Virus record (IMG/VR): IMGVR_UViG_3300042914_002215
DNA: 64,000 nt
Source: a virus
Strand: one strand, 5' to 3'
Shown here: positions 28,601 through 39,977 of the stretch, one piece after another
How the letters are laid out: each line of letters starts with the position of its first letter
Position numbering within the stretch: the stretch's first letter is position 1
Notes under the pieces: generated by a model
The model's input: the letters and a program-made list of their open reading frames with translations, nothing else
Databases searched by the model: none
Told to the model about the DNA's origin: nothing
Program-made: the position numbers and the translations under genes

Positions 28601-31600
28601 AATGGAACAAGCAACAGTTAATAAACAAGACTTGTCTATTCTTGACAATACAGGTTTACCACGATTCAAAAACGGCATTATGGTTGATCCATTTACCGAC
28701 AAGACCGTTGCCAATTTTACTGCTGCTGATTTCGCAGCAGCGATTGATATTGTAGGTAATCTTGCCCGTAATAGTTACAATTTGACTTCCGTCAGAGTAT
28801 TCTCCAATAATAGCACATCCGATTCTGGTGTTGATTTTAATGGTCCTCTTTTGACACTTACGGGCACATCTGAGAACTTCTTAACACAGAATCTTGCATC
28901 GAAGTCTGTAAATATTAATCCATTTAATATTGTTAATTATGTTGGTTCAATTAAACTTGATCCGACATCTGATGTATGGACATCTAATACACGTGTTGAA
29001 ACGCAAAACATCGATCTAACAGGTGGTGAGGCAGCACGTGATGCATGGTCATCAATTCAAAGCACATCTTGGGGTGCATGGCAAACAACATGGACAGGTG
29101 TCACACAAACTCCTACTGGTGGATTAAGAACCACCGATGAAAGCAGAGTTCAATCTTCAAGAACAGTCGGTAGTGGTAGAAATGCTCGTACCGTTGAAAC
29201 AAGACGTACATGGAGAACTGTCACACAAGATGTTCTTGAAACACGAACAACACAAGAAACACGAACAGGTATTCTGTCACAAATTGTACCACAAGAACTA
29301 ACACGTTCTTTAGGTGATCGCTTGTTAGATGTTACTGTCGTACAGTTTATGCGTCCAATAAACATTCTTGCTATTGGCACAAACTTTAAACCATCAACAA
29401 CACTTTATACTTACTTTGATAATCAAAGTGTAGACAATTATGTTTATCGTGCAAATCTATTGAAGTTTGTAAACAACAATCTACAGTACGAAACAACCGT
29501 TGGTGATCCAGAGTTTGTTGATTTTTATGACAATTCAAATGGACAATTAATGGGTGAGGGTGTTGTTGTTCTCACTGCAAACAATCATGCATTTATTACT
29601 AACATTGTTCCTGTTGCATCGTATGGCACATGGGCGAACGCATCAATTGGAATTCGTGTAATCGGTGGAACAACTGGTGCAAATAATCTAACAACAAATT
29701 GGCAGCACTATTCCGGCACTGTAAGAGCAGCAACAGTTTCAACTGTTCAATTAGACTATCACGCTGGTGGCGCTAACAATATATCTGATTATGTTGGTCA
29801 GACAATTCGTGTTATTGGTGGTACAGGTGCAGGTCAAACAGCAACAATTAATGCTTACAATACAAGCACACGCACTGCAAATATTTCAACAAATTGGACA
29901 ACAACTCCAGACACAACATCAACTTATTCTATCGGTACACTGACAACAACAATTGAAGGTGCAACTGCTGGTATTTTCTCTGCACCAACAGATACATTCC
30001 GTGTTGGTGAAAAATTGTTCCGTCTGATTGATGATCCGAATGGTTCCATTGAGCGTTCTACAACAAATGGTGAATCATCATTCTTCTCACAAGGTTTGAT
30101 TCAAACCAAACAAGAAACAACAGTTTCGGTATTTGTGCCAACTGTAACACGTTCGACTGTAACAGAAAGTCGTGTAAATCAAACATCTTCTGTTCGTTCG
30201 GCAGTTGTTCGTCAGGGTTGGGTTGATCCTCTTGCACAAACATTCTTGATTAACCCCGATCAATTCCCACAGGGAATTATGCTATCAAGCGTTCGTGTTT
30301 GTTTCAAGACAAAAGATTCGACTGCACCCGTAACACTACAGATTCGTACAGTTGTAAATGGTTATCCATCAACAGTTGTTTATCCATATGCTGATGTCTC
30401 ACTGACACCAGATAAGGTAAAAACAAGTGTATTACCAAGCCTAACAGATGCAAACAAGTACACCGAATTTACATTTGATGTACCAATTTATCTATTACCC
30501 GGTGAACACTCAATCGTTCTTCTGTCTAACTCTGTTGGATACGAAGCATTCGTTGGTGAAATTGGTCAAGTTAATCTTGCAACATCTGCTAAAATTTCTG
30601 AGCAGCCTTATACTGGTACATTATTCTTATCACAAAATGGTTCTACTTGGACTGCCGATCAGACATCTGATCTGATGTTCAGTCTGTATAAGAAGGCATA
30701 CTCAATTACAACTCCAGGTTATGCATACTTTGAAGTTGATATGTCTCAACAAACTGCAAATTCATTATACGATTTAATGCAAGTAATGTCAACTGATGTT
30801 GTTTTGGCAAATACTAACGTTGACTATCAGTTTATCTCAGAGAACACTACCGGCGCAACACATCCATATATTTCATTTACTCCTAATCTTGACTATAAGA
30901 TGGTAGATGGATTTGGTCGCCGTTCACTGAATACCGCAACCGGTAATACGACATTCTCATTACGTACAGTTCTTTCAACAACGAATCGTGATATCACACC
31001 TATGATTGATAGAACAAGATTGAACCTGCTTGCAATTGAGAATCGTATTAATAATCTACAGTTGAAGAATAATGGTTTCGTGATTACTAATTCTGGTACA
31101 GGATACACAACTGCATCAGTTTCAATCACTGGTGGTGGAGGTGCTGGTGCAATCGCAACTGCGACTGTTGCTGGTGGACAAATAACTGGAATTACATTGA
31201 CAAGTGCTGGTTCTGGATACACAACTTCACCGACAATTACAATTACAGGTGATGGTTCTGGGGCAACTGTCGTCTATAATGGTGAAGATAAGAAATCTGG
31301 TGGTAATGCAGATGTTCGTTATCTAACTCGTCGTGTTCAACTTGCAGATGGATTTGATTCTGGCGATCTTCGTGTTTATCTGTTAGGATATAAACCAGCA
31401 CAAGCTAACATCTATGTGTATGCTAAGTATCTTGCATCTGGTGATCCTCAAGGATTTACTGAAAAGAATTGGACATTATTAACTCAAATCAGTGGAACTG
31501 ATTTTGTCTCTGCTGATGATAATGACTATCGTGAGATGACGTTTGCACCTGGCGCAAATGGTATTGAAACAAATAATATTAGTTACATATCAGGTTCAGT

Positions 31601-31715
31601 AACATACACGACATTTGCAACATTTGCTGTAAAAGTTGTTATGACATCTGCTGATCCAACTGATGTACCTAAGATTAAAGACCTAAGAATCATCGCTTTA
31701 CCTGAGTCATTATAA
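25626..31715 (+). CDS. large virion structural protein (DUF4815/VrlC-like)
   Basis: PYYDDF...[60 protein letters not shown]. Confidence 0.85.
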   Translation: MAINTNLNVDPYYDDFNEDKNFYRILYKPGFAVQSRELTQSQSILQDQIKKFGDHVFKTGSIVSGGQIFVQNTTYINVATSYGISDIDYSVFDQEYITNTSGTKKAYVLKSYAADTTAGQPITFIVNQLYGSAFAADETIVTANTQTGATNYYANVAASNPTGNSKTFSINDGVFYYEGFFVRNDAQSVALSKYDRNSNVVVGFQVTEDIVDYTEDTSLLDPAQDASNFQAPGADRFKISLILTTRPLNSTDLSQFIQLSEFQGGIQQSVIQTPIYSTLGDELARRTYDESGDYLVKQFDIAVTDSTANTAKANVTLGAGKAYVRGYEFSTIAPTVVSVDKPRTTDNVNNRRITADLGYYVYANGVYGTFPTNLIANVDLYAVDTGTLTSIQANTANLANVKTGSAKIKMISFDSSSNTQDSNTYIYKAYLTDINVGTIFNAATGNGYNAVGGNTTSVSLPPGFSANSGTYVGAKIRIVAGPGTVDGARTIKFYEGGDAGRKATVDVPFSTAITTASQFMIDFDFGQTDSIAVMTGAAPVRVSSANVHPYSKKLIYSPVEHEVTFVSDVGNEPLLLKIGQDNVADNTISDFSYSYRRLYQTVPFSAGISSPLSLGTGETLLSASSTSTKQQYYTLIVTSQGTGVYPVGTIVPAHVMSVDTSARTISVTDGGTMVANIYGTISVSNPTSKTKTFVRANTRLAANGTGVTTSNNVFGNGAIFVSSPDGQTIINANTVLVKTPGVDQPLFASDIHSINAIFDFNGTTITTTSYNAGSYTNVTSYYTLSTGQKDSYYDWGAIKLKPGYPAPKGPLLVRYNRFISSGTGYFDVDSYTRLGPGNLDYAEIPNFIGQDGSAAPLSDYLDFRPVRLDATNTVNANNYVFDVEERGAGPKIIETGTDAILDYSYYLPRIDRVVLSKNGNFEIIEGIPSLNPIEPQEPADAMTLYVLSYPAYLGFASQTNIKTFKNKRYTMRDIGGLEKRIQNLEYYTSLSLMEQATVNKQDLSILDNTGLPRFKNGIMVDPFTDKTVANFTAADFAAAIDIVGNLARNSYNLTSVRVFSNNSTSDSGVDFNGPLLTLTGTSENFLTQNLASKSVNINPFNIVNYVGSIKLDPTSDVWTSNTRVETQNIDLTGGEAARDAWSSIQSTSWGAWQTTWTGVTQTPTGGLRTTDESRVQSSRTVGSGRNARTVETRRTWRTVTQDVLETRTTQETRTGILSQIVPQELTRSLGDRLLDVTVVQFMRPINILAIGTNFKPSTTLYTYFDNQSVDNYVYRANLLKFVNNNLQYETTVGDPEFVDFYDNSNGQLMGEGVVVLTANNHAFITNIVPVASYGTWANASIGIRVIGGTTGANNLTTNWQHYSGTVRAATVSTVQLDYHAGGANNISDYVGQTIRVIGGTGAGQTATINAYNTSTRTANISTNWTTTPDTTSTYSIGTLTTTIEGATAGIFSAPTDTFRVGEKLFRLIDDPNGSIERSTTNGESSFFSQGLIQTKQETTVSVFVPTVTRSTVTESRVNQTSSVRSAVVRQGWVDPLAQTFLINPDQFPQGIMLSSVRVCFKTKDSTAPVTLQIRTVVNGYPSTVVYPYADVSLTPDKVKTSVLPSLTDANKYTEFTFDVPIYLLPGEHSIVLLSNSVGYEAFVGEIGQVNLATSAKISEQPYTGTLFLSQNGSTWTADQTSDLMFSLYKKAYSITTPGYAYFEVDMSQQTANSLYDLMQVMSTDVVLANTNVDYQFISENTTGATHPYISFTPNLDYKMVDGFGRRSLNTATGNTTFSLRTVLSTTNRDITPMIDRTRLNLLAIENRINNLQLKNNGFVITNSGTGYTTASVSITGGGGAGAIATATVAGGQITGITLTSAGSGYTTSPTITITGDGSGATVVYNGEDKKSGGNADVRYLTRRVQLADGFDSGDLRVYLLGYKPAQANIYVYAKYLASGDPQGFTEKNWTLLTQISGTDFVSADDNDYREMTFAPGANGIETNNISYISGSVTYTTFATFAVKVVMTSADPTDVPKIKDLRIIALPESL

Positions 31716-31936
31716 TGTTAGTGCCAATTAAAGATAATCCTAATTTGGTACGAGATGTATCAAATAAAGCGATATTAAATACTGATCGTGATGGTCTTGA
31801 GCGTTACAAAGCGCAAAGGGCATTGGCTAAGAAAAGATTAGACGAACAGGAAGAAATGAAAAATAAAGTAAATAAATTAGAGCAGGATATGTCTGAAATT
31901 AAAGACCTTCTGCAACAACTTGTAACGAGAACATAA
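31715..31936 (+). CDS. small coiled-coil hypothetical protein
   Basis: LVRD..NKAILNTD; C-terminal heptads. Confidence 0.8.
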   Translation: MLVPIKDNPNLVRDVSNKAILNTDRDGLERYKAQRALAKKRLDEQEEMKNKVNKLEQDMSEIKDLLQQLVTRT

Positions 31937-31937
31937 G

Positions 31938-32489
31938 ATGGCAATAGACCAAATTTCGACAGCCAATACCTTTGAAGAGTGGTTAAGCACAACCTCCACT
32001 CTTGTTGCGGTAGCAAACAATCTGACTAACAATACGAGCGGTGGCTTTGTGATGAACTCTTCAATTTTCATTGAAGGTTCAGAGTCATCTCTAAATGTTC
32101 GTACACTTGCAAACATAAATTCACTCACCGCTAACACCGCAAATATTGCAAACGTTTCTTTTAATGGAAGTAATGTTTCAATACCACTTGATTTGACTAT
32201 TGGAAGAAATGCAAATTTAGTAGGAAATGTTGCCTCTGTAAATGTTACAAACAGATTGTTCGTTGGTGGTGATACCGTTTTACATGGTAATCTAACTGTA
32301 TCCGGTAATGTTACATTAGATGCAATTGGGTATGATGATCTAAGTGTTGCTGGTTCTATCAACTCAGCAAATCTAAACACAAGCACTGGTAATATTACAT
32401 TACTTGTTGGAAATGCAAATACAGCAATTTACAGCACTATTACCGCAGCGATTGATTCATCGATTGCGTTTGCGATTGCTCTTGGTTAA
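31938..32489 (+). CDS. fibre stalk protein ending IAFAIALG
   Basis: ANTFEEW N-terminus; GNLTVSGN beta-repeats; hydrophobic C-terminal peptide. Confidence 0.6.
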   Translation: MAIDQISTANTFEEWLSTTSTLVAVANNLTNNTSGGFVMNSSIFIEGSESSLNVRTLANINSLTANTANIANVSFNGSNVSIPLDLTIGRNANLVGNVASVNVTNRLFVGGDTVLHGNLTVSGNVTLDAIGYDDLSVAGSINSANLNTSTGNITLLVGNANTAIYSTITAAIDSSIAFAIALG

Positions 32490-32518
32490 ATAAATACTGA
32501 CGATAAACAGAGGATTTA

Positions 32519-32854
32519 ATGGCTAACAATTTTAAAAATAACGTTCTTAAAGCAGCAGGAACAACATTACAAAATGCATATACCGCTGCTTCTGGTGTTC
32601 AAGCAACCGTTATTGGTATGACGATTGCGAACATTACCACATCTCCCATATCAGCAAATGTTGTTTTGACCTGTTCTGGTGCTGCTGCACCAAACGTTTA
32701 CTTGGTCAAAGATGCTACAATTGCTCCAGGTGGCGCTCTTGTTCCAATCGGCGGTGATCAAAAACTTGTGCTTGAAGCCGGTGATTACTTACAGATAAGC
32801 ACTTCAGTTGCATCCGCTGCTGATGTTATCACTTCTGTTCTGGAGATTACCTAA
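32519..32854 (+). CDS. ~110-aa fibre adaptor (MANNFKN type)
   Basis: beta-rich; KLVLEAGD.L, SVLEIT end; AATAAATA upstream at 32489. Confidence 0.6.
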   Translation: MANNFKNNVLKAAGTTLQNAYTAASGVQATVIGMTIANITTSPISANVVLTCSGAAAPNVYLVKDATIAPGGALVPIGGDQKLVLEAGDYLQISTSVASAADVITSVLEIT

Positions 32855-33489
32855 TGTCTTACATTGGCAATAATCCTGATGTGAATGTATTTACGATCGG
32901 AGTTGATAGATTCAACGGCACAGGCGCTTGTACAGAGTTTATTCTTACAAGAGATATTGATGACGCAAAAGCAATTGAAGTTATTGTTAATGGAGTTCAA
33001 CAAGATCCAGATAATGCTTACACTGTAACAAATGGTTTAATCACATTTAGTGAAGCGCCATCTTCTGGTACAGATAATATTACTGTCACATATCGTGCAC
33101 CTGTTGTTGTTACATTTAATCAAGTTACTACATCACAATTACAAGCAAATGCTGTAACTTCAACTGCTATTGCATCCAATGCAGTCACAACAATTAAGAT
33201 TGCACAAAGTGCTGTTACTGGAGATAAGATTCCTGATCGTGCGATTACATCAAACAACATCGTTGAGGGATCAATCACAAGCAATTTGATTGCAACAAAT
33301 ACAGTTGCAGGTAACAATATCGTTCCTGGTACAATTACAGGCAATTTAATTGCTTCCGGTACAATCGCAGGTAATGCAATTGGTGTTGGACAAATTACAG
33401 GTAATTTAATTGCAGACTTTGCGATTAGTGCAAACAATTTAACAAATCCAGATAATTTTGAAGATTCGTTCTTATTAGGTGGAATGTAA
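32854..33489 (+). CDS. fibre stalk protein (MSYIGN start, decad repeats, ends FEDSFLLGGM)
   Basis: F..AP..G..I.V domain, then IxxxAITGNL 10-aa repeats. Confidence 0.65.
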   Translation: MSYIGNNPDVNVFTIGVDRFNGTGACTEFILTRDIDDAKAIEVIVNGVQQDPDNAYTVTNGLITFSEAPSSGTDNITVTYRAPVVVTFNQVTTSQLQANAVTSTAIASNAVTTIKIAQSAVTGDKIPDRAITSNNIVEGSITSNLIATNTVAGNNIVPGTITGNLIASGTIAGNAIGVGQITGNLIADFAISANNLTNPDNFEDSFLLGGM

Positions 33490-33500
33490 AAGGAAAATAA

Positions 33501-33839
33501 ATGGCAAGAATATATAAAATCTTAGGACAAAGAAATCCAGGCTCAGGTGTATTGACGAATGTTTATACTGTGCCAGCTGGCAATTCTGCGGTCGTTTCTT
33601 CTATTGTATTGACAAATACATCGGGCACTGCAACTGGTGGTGTTGCTGCAAGAGTAGCAGTAAACGCTTCTGGTGTAGCGGTTGCAACTGCAAACTATCT
33701 TGCATATGATGTGAACGTTCCTGGCTGTGATAGCGTGACTCTCACACTTGGTATTACAATGAATGCGGGATCTCAATTGTCTGTACAAGCTAATTCATCA
33801 TCATTGGCAATTTCAGTTTTTGGCGCAGAGATTTATTAA
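33501..33839 (+). CDS. ~110-aa fibre adaptor (YKILGQ type)
   Basis: paralog of 35361 and 59629: YKILGQ.NP...YTVPAGNS...LGIT.NA...FG.E.Y. Confidence 0.7.
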   Translation: MARIYKILGQRNPGSGVLTNVYTVPAGNSAVVSSIVLTNTSGTATGGVAARVAVNASGVAVATANYLAYDVNVPGCDSVTLTLGITMNAGSQLSVQANSSSLAISVFGAEIY

Positions 33840-33854
33840 ACAGAATATTAGATT

Positions 33855-35351
33855 ATGACAATTCGTTCATTAAATCGAAACACAAACGTAATTAAGAGAA
33901 TTACTAAAAGCCGCACTGCTGCCGATCTTACACGCCGTCGTTCAATTAAACAAGTAATTGCGGGTGAAGGTAAGCCTGATTTTTACATCAAATGGATGAT
34001 TGTTGGAGGAGGTGGTGAGGGTGGTGCTGGAATGGGCGGAGGAGGTGGTGGTGGAGGTATCGTCATTGGTATTAATTATCTTTCACCAACAGGTAATTTA
34101 ACATACGGAACAAACTATCCAATTGGTGTTGGCGGTGGTGGAGGATACTCATCTGGACGTGGTGGTAATGGTGGAGACTCATCATTTTTAGGATTTATTG
34201 CTTACGGTGGTGGCGGTGGTGGAGGACTTAATAGTCCTGCTTCAAATACAAACGCAAGGCCCGGAGGCTCTGGTGGTGGTGAACCCAATTCACTTTACAC
34301 AGCAGCGTTTGGACTTCAAGGAGGAATGGGTGGAGTCAAATTTATAATTGATAATAATCGTCCATATGGAGGATTCGGTAGCGTAAATGATAATCAAGAT
34401 GGCTCAGGAGATAGATCGGGAAAAGGCGGCACAGATAACACTTGGTATGATGATGACTTCACTTACAATAAAAATAAAAATTTAAATCCAGCTTATCCTG
34501 CTCCAGGTCCATTATCATTTAGAGGATATGGCGGTGGTGGTGGTGGTGCAGCTGGTTTTGATGACGGAATCGTTTCTGGCAGTGGAAAAACCGAAGGTGG
34601 TGATGGTGGTGATGGTTATGCATATGGATTTGAAAACAACTTTTTACAAGGACCTATAGCAAATTTTATTTGGGGATTGGGTTATGGTGGTGGTGGAAGT
34701 TCTGGTGGTTATCAAAATAATCCAAGAGATGGTTACAATGGTCCTGCACCTTCCGTTTTTCCAAATGCACCCGGTGGTGTGAAAACTGGATGGGGTTCTA
34801 TTCGTGACGCTGGAGACTCTTGGACAGGCGAACCAAATTGGTCGCCAAACGGAGATGGTATAGGATTCAATCCAAGTCGTGGTAATCCGGGTGAACCTTG
34901 GCATAATGGTCCATCTGGTGGATTTCCTCCTGCTGGCAATTCATTTCCGCCTTTTGGTTATAAATCAGGATTTGGTGAAAATGTCTCACCGGGTGGACCA
35001 GCACCTCTACCATATTCTACGCCAGCTGGATATTATTCAATGAATGGTTTACCAAACTCTGGACAAGGAGGCGGCGGAAGATGGAATGGCGGTTCAAATT
35101 ATAAATGGGCTTGTCGTGGACCTTTTTGGGGATCAGACTCATATAATCCTGGTGCACCAAACTGGTTAGGTCGTGCAGCAGCAAATACAGGAGGTAAAGG
35201 TGGTTCAGGTGTTGTGTTCCTTTCGTATCCGCAAGTATTCGGCAACTGTTCAAACACAGGAAGTCCAGACGTATATGTAACAACAGATGGTTTTAGAATT
35301 TACACATTTAGAGGTAGTGGTTCAATTACAATTGACTACGATCCTAATTAA
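33855..35351 (+). CDS. glycine-rich putative receptor-binding tip protein
   Basis: IVGGGG..GGGGGG...GGSGVV; long aromatic/Pro-rich insertions. Confidence 0.65.
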   Translation: MTIRSLNRNTNVIKRITKSRTAADLTRRRSIKQVIAGEGKPDFYIKWMIVGGGGEGGAGMGGGGGGGGIVIGINYLSPTGNLTYGTNYPIGVGGGGGYSSGRGGNGGDSSFLGFIAYGGGGGGGLNSPASNTNARPGGSGGGEPNSLYTAAFGLQGGMGGVKFIIDNNRPYGGFGSVNDNQDGSGDRSGKGGTDNTWYDDDFTYNKNKNLNPAYPAPGPLSFRGYGGGGGGAAGFDDGIVSGSGKTEGGDGGDGYAYGFENNFLQGPIANFIWGLGYGGGGSSGGYQNNPRDGYNGPAPSVFPNAPGGVKTGWGSIRDAGDSWTGEPNWSPNGDGIGFNPSRGNPGEPWHNGPSGGFPPAGNSFPPFGYKSGFGENVSPGGPAPLPYSTPAGYYSMNGLPNSGQGGGGRWNGGSNYKWACRGPFWGSDSYNPGAPNWLGRAAANTGGKGGSGVVFLSYPQVFGNCSNTGSPDVYVTTDGFRIYTFRGSGSITIDYDPN

Positions 35352-35360
35352 GAGAGAAAC

Positions 35361-35699
35361 ATGGCAAGAGCATACAAAATCTTAGGTCAAATTAATCCAT
35401 CAGCAAATGTGCTGAGTACACTTTACACTGTACCCGCTGGTAATTCAACAATCATTTCATCAATTACAATTGCTAATCTTGATGAAAATGCTGCAAATGG
35501 TGCAGCATTTAGAATTGCTGCAAACAACTCTGGTGTTGCTGTTGCCAATGCAAATTATCTTTCATACGGTGTTAATGTACCAGGTCGTGATGCAATAACT
35601 TATACGTTAGGTATAACATTAAATGCTGGTTCAGTTATTTCTGTAAATGCAAACAGTTCATTACTTGCCTTTTCTGCTTTTGGCACAGAAGTTTATTAA
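35361..35699 (+). CDS. ~110-aa fibre adaptor (YKILGQ type)
   Basis: paralog of 33501 and 59629. Confidence 0.7.
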   Translation: MARAYKILGQINPSANVLSTLYTVPAGNSTIISSITIANLDENAANGAAFRIAANNSGVAVANANYLSYGVNVPGRDAITYTLGITLNAGSVISVNANSSLLAFSAFGTEVY

Positions 35700-35701
35700 T
35701 C

Positions 35702-37648
35702 ATGTCACTCAATAGAGCAAATTTAAATAGAATCTCGTTAAAAAGATTTTCTGTTCCTGGAACAGGCGGTGGAGGTGCTGTCACTCCACCAAGTACATTT
35801 ATTCCAATTGATTATTTTATTGTAGCCGGTGGTGGAGGTAGCGGTCCTTACAGTGGTGGAGGTGGTGCTGGTGGTTTTCTTCAAGGATATTATCAAACGA
35901 ACTTTGCTACTGCGAATGATGCATTCGTTGTTGTAGTTGGTTCTGGTGGTGGTGGTAACACCAATGGCACAAATTCTGGAATTTATTCAACTGCAAATAC
36001 ATTAAACGCCATTTGGTCTGCCGGTGGTGGTCGTGGTGGTGTTGGTCATCCTGTTTGGGCAAGCGGTGGTGGAGATGGTGCTGGTTATGGAGCATCTGGC
36101 GGTTCTGGTGGCGGTGCGGGTACAGGTAACTATAGTTGGCCAACATCACCATTTGGCTATTTAGTTGGTGGTTTAGGCATTGGAGCACAAGGTAATGATG
36201 GTGGACAATCTGGTTATTTTGACGGTGCTCCTGGCTGGTCTTGGGGTGAAGCTGGTGGTGGTGGAGGAGCACTGGGTCGTGGAACTCAAGGTGGACAAGG
36301 TAGAAATCAGCCTCCTGTTTATACAGGTGGTGGAGGTGGTAATGGTGGCATTGGCATATTCTCGACATTTACTGGTGCAAACGTAGGCTATGCTGGTGGT
36401 GGAGGTGGATTTAATATTCCAATGACACCCTTAGATGGTACAAATACTTATGGTGGCATTGGTTATTTTAGTTGTGGTGGAGGTAATTCTGCTGCCACAT
36501 ATGCGAATAATTTTATATTCAGACAGCAAACAAATGGTGGAGAAAATACCGGCGGCGGTGCTGGTGGTGGGCTCAACTCTAGAGGTGGTTCTGGTATTGT
36601 TATTATTCGATATCCAAATACTTATGCAAATGCAATAATTGCTGGTAATGCAGTGTTTTCAAACGTAGAAAGTTACTTTAGATGTTATACATTTAGATCA
36701 ACTGGAACAATTATTTTTCCATCAACGGGCGCTGCACCAAATGTGCCTACGGGTGGACCAACACAGATAGATTATCTTGTCGTTGCTGGTGGTGGTGGTG
36801 GAACTACAGCAAGTGGTGGCGGTGGCGGTGGTGGAGTTTTACAAGGTTCAGGATATAAGATTTCAACTGGCGTTACATACACAATTAGTATCGGTGGCGG
36901 TGGTGGTGCTAATACTAACGGCGTCAATTCTGGGATTTATAATACAAGCGCATCTGTCTGGTCTGCCGGTGGTGGTCGTGGTGGTGTTGGTGTACCGGTA
37001 TTTGTTGAACCTGTGAGTAGAGGTGCTTCAGGTGGTTCCGGTGGTGGTGCTGGTGCAGTTGATTATTCGGCAGGACAATCAGGTAATTTTGGTGGTAGTG
37101 AAGGAGTACCGGGACAAGGATTTGGTGGTGCTCGTTCTGGTCCGGCTGCACCAGGACCACCTTGGGCAAGAGGTGGCGCCGGTGGCGGTGGCGGTGCTGG
37201 TGGTTCGGGCGCAGAAGGAGGTGGTGGTTCAAGTTTTGACTATTATGGTGCAGCAGGTGGAAATGGTGGCGTTGGTATTTTCTCTACAATCACTGGTGCA
37301 AATGTAGGTTACGCCGGCGGTGGTGGTGGTAACAACGATCAACTAAGTCCATTACAAGGATGGCCTCCAGGATTGCCTGGCGGTATAGGATATATCAGTT
37401 GCGGTGGTGGTAATAGCGCATTCATATTAGCAAATGGATTTACGATAAGAGCAAGAACTGGTGGTACAACAAACAGAGGTGGTGGCGCTGGAGGTGGTGC
37501 GCCTGCTGCAAGTGGCGGCTCTGGTGTTGTGATTGTCAGATACTTAGATTCTTTTTCTAATGCAGTTGTAACTGGAAGTCCAACGTTTGCAAACGTTGGA
37601 GGATACAAGATATATACATTCAATGGAGCAGGAACTATAACATTTTAA
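35702..37648 (+). CDS. glycine-rich tip protein, two tandem domains
   Basis: two DY..VAGGG...GGSG.VI.RY units; exact 33-nt repeat at 36014 and 36959. Confidence 0.7.
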   Translation: MSLNRANLNRISLKRFSVPGTGGGGAVTPPSTFIPIDYFIVAGGGGSGPYSGGGGAGGFLQGYYQTNFATANDAFVVVVGSGGGGNTNGTNSGIYSTANTLNAIWSAGGGRGGVGHPVWASGGGDGAGYGASGGSGGGAGTGNYSWPTSPFGYLVGGLGIGAQGNDGGQSGYFDGAPGWSWGEAGGGGGALGRGTQGGQGRNQPPVYTGGGGGNGGIGIFSTFTGANVGYAGGGGGFNIPMTPLDGTNTYGGIGYFSCGGGNSAATYANNFIFRQQTNGGENTGGGAGGGLNSRGGSGIVIIRYPNTYANAIIAGNAVFSNVESYFRCYTFRSTGTIIFPSTGAAPNVPTGGPTQIDYLVVAGGGGGTTASGGGGGGGVLQGSGYKISTGVTYTISIGGGGGANTNGVNSGIYNTSASVWSAGGGRGGVGVPVFVEPVSRGASGGSGGGAGAVDYSAGQSGNFGGSEGVPGQGFGGARSGPAAPGPPWARGGAGGGGGAGGSGAEGGGGSSFDYYGAAGGNGGVGIFSTITGANVGYAGGGGGNNDQLSPLQGWPPGLPGGIGYISCGGGNSAFILANGFTIRARTGGTTNRGGGAGGGAPAASGGSGVVIVRYLDSFSNAVVTGSPTFANVGGYKIYTFNGAGTITF

Positions 37649-37662
37649 TTAGGAGTGAGTGA

Positions 37663-38082
37663 ATGAATAACGAACAAATTACTTATGCACAATACTTAAT
37701 TGGTAACAACAACAAACTTGTTTGTGGTATTGATACTGCTATTAAAGCACTAAGACCAACAGCAAGATATGATATGTCTGCGTCTGGTGGACATTTTGAG
37801 TTCACACGTTGGGAAGATGAAGCAGATACTAAACCACCAACAAAAGAAGAGATTTTCAAAGAATTAGAATATCAGAATAAGTTTATCGACTATTGGCAAC
37901 ACTTCGTAGATCGTGCTGCTAACTATCCTGATATTGTAGTTCTAATTAACAATTTATGGGAAGCAATTGATTCTGGCGCAATACCAGGTAAAGGAACCGC
38001 ATTCTATGATTCAATCAAAGAAATCAACGATAAGTTTCCAAGACCAGCTGGTGAACCACCAGTAAGACCGACATACGAATAA
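37663..38082 (+). CDS. tail-fibre assembly/XkdW-like small protein
   Basis: AIKALRP.A..., W....KPPTKEEI, R...YP, IK..N.KFP.P. Confidence 0.5.
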   Translation: MNNEQITYAQYLIGNNNKLVCGIDTAIKALRPTARYDMSASGGHFEFTRWEDEADTKPPTKEEIFKELEYQNKFIDYWQHFVDRAANYPDIVVLINNLWEAIDSGAIPGKGTAFYDSIKEINDKFPRPAGEPPVRPTYE

Positions 38083-38093
38083 TAGGAAATTAA

Positions 38094-39044
38094 ATGTCAT
38101 ATATTGGCAATCAAGTTACTTCTGTACCACACATAATTGATACCTTTACTGGCACAGGCACAGGTACAACATTTGGTCCTTTGACGAGAGCACCTGCTGG
38201 CACTGCGGCTATAGCAGTTTTTATCACAGGATCTTATCAAATACCTGGTGTTGATTATACGTTAAATGGCGACTATATCAACTTTGTTGCTGCTCCATTT
38301 AATCTTGCGACAATCGTTGTTCATCATTTAGGTAATGGTACAACAACACAAGTACCATCTGATGGATCTGTTACTGGAACAAAATTAGCAGTTAATTCTG
38401 TTCGTGGTAATAATATTGTTGCGGGCACTATTACAGGCAATCAAATTTCTCTTAGTGCTATTTCAGGTAATCAGATAGGTGCTTATGCTGTATCAGGCAA
38501 CCAAATTGGTGTCGGTGCTATTAGTGCCAATAATTTTGCTGGTGGTGGCATTACATCAAATGTTCTTGCACCGAATCTGACATTAACGCTGACGAGAACA
38601 AATGAAACGACGAATTTATTTTCCACTGCACCTTCAGGAAATATAAACATTGACGTTGCAAATACAACGTTATATTATTTCACATCAAATACGACAGCGG
38701 GTATAACTTTTAATCTTCGTGCAAACAGTGTAAACACTTTTGATTCAGTAGTTAGAATTGGTGAAACTGTCACTGTAACAGTTATGCTTCGTCATTCAAC
38801 AACGTCAGGCGGTCGTCATCCAGCAAATGTTTATATTGATGGTGGACTTATTTCCACCAATAGAACAAATCCAGATCAAGCTGGTGCTAATAATATATTT
38901 TATGTTGGTAATTTAGTACCAATTTATGCTGCAACAATACCAGGAACTGGTGTTGAAATGAATATGTATAATATAAGCGTTTTTAAACGAGCGGCAAATA
39001 CTTATACAGTATTCATGTCTAATACTACAGCACAAATAGGATAA
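38094..39044 (+). CDS. fibre stalk plus fused C-terminal adaptor domain (MSYIGN start)
   Basis: decad repeats; C-terminal NID...T.YY.....TFNLR domain shared with 39978 and 55776. Confidence 0.65.
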   Translation: MSYIGNQVTSVPHIIDTFTGTGTGTTFGPLTRAPAGTAAIAVFITGSYQIPGVDYTLNGDYINFVAAPFNLATIVVHHLGNGTTTQVPSDGSVTGTKLAVNSVRGNNIVAGTITGNQISLSAISGNQIGAYAVSGNQIGVGAISANNFAGGGITSNVLAPNLTLTLTRTNETTNLFSTAPSGNINIDVANTTLYYFTSNTTAGITFNLRANSVNTFDSVVRIGETVTVTVMLRHSTTSGGRHPANVYIDGGLISTNRTNPDQAGANNIFYVGNLVPIYAATIPGTGVEMNMYNISVFKRAANTYTVFMSNTTAQIG

Positions 39045-39046
39045 GA

Positions 39047-39955
39047 ATGGGCAGACTTAATTCGTTATTGTCAGTAACAACCAGTGCTTTTGGAAATAAA
39101 AGAAGAGCAGCCGCAACTATATTCACAAGCAGTGGAACATTAACAATTCCTCCTGCTGTTCCTGGATTTGATGTTTTAATCGTTGGTGGTGGAGGTGGAG
39201 CATCAAGTTCTAACCCAGCCGGTGGTGGTGGAGCTGGTGGTGTTAGATACATTACCGGGGTTGATATTAAGCCAGGAACAGTTGTAAATGTTATAGTTGG
39301 AGGTGGCGGTGGAGCCGCTTCGCCTGTTGGTGTGCAGGGATCTAATTCCGGTATATGGTTTCCTACTCCGTTATCACCTCCCTTTCCATTTTTTTATGCT
39401 CAATACTGGTCAACTGGTGGTGGATATGGAGCGGGGGCTAATCCTAGTCCAGGAACAGGTAATGCAGGTGGAAATGGCGGATCAGGCGGTGGAGCTGGCG
39501 GCGGAGGAAATCCTATAACAAATAGTGGAGGATTAGGAACTCCGGGTCAAGGGAATAATGGTGGTAATGCCGGATTTATTAGAGCGGGTGGAGGTGGCGG
39601 CGCCGGTGGTGTTGGAGCAGATGGCAGCAGTTCAAACGGAGGTTTAGGCATATTCTCTAGCATAAGTGGAACGAATACTGCCTATGCTGGCGGTGGTGCA
39701 GGATGCAGTGGACCGAACGATCCTTTTTATGGTAATGTAATAGGCAATGGAGGCGGTGGTAGTTCTAGAACACCTGGAAGTTATGGTTCTCCTAATTCAA
39801 TAGTAGCACCTTATGGTGCATTTGTGGGCACACCTTTTGGTGCTGGTGGTGGTGGCACAGGAGAAAGTGGCGTTACAAATTCGGGCGGTGGTGGCGGTGG
39901 AAATCCGGGAGGTGGTGGAGCTGGCGGATCTGGCATCGTTATCTTTAGTTATTAA
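39047..39955 (+). CDS. glycine-rich tip protein
   Basis: single Gly-rich domain ending GGSGIVIFSY. Confidence 0.7.
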   Translation: MGRLNSLLSVTTSAFGNKRRAAATIFTSSGTLTIPPAVPGFDVLIVGGGGGASSSNPAGGGGAGGVRYITGVDIKPGTVVNVIVGGGGGAASPVGVQGSNSGIWFPTPLSPPFPFFYAQYWSTGGGYGAGANPSPGTGNAGGNGGSGGGAGGGGNPITNSGGLGTPGQGNNGGNAGFIRAGGGGGAGGVGADGSSSNGGLGIFSSISGTNTAYAGGGAGCSGPNDPFYGNVIGNGGGGSSRTPGSYGSPNSIVAPYGAFVGTPFGAGGGGTGESGVTNSGGGGGGNPGGGGAGGSGIVIFSY

Positions 39956-39977
39956 AAAGATTTTAAGGAAAAAATAA

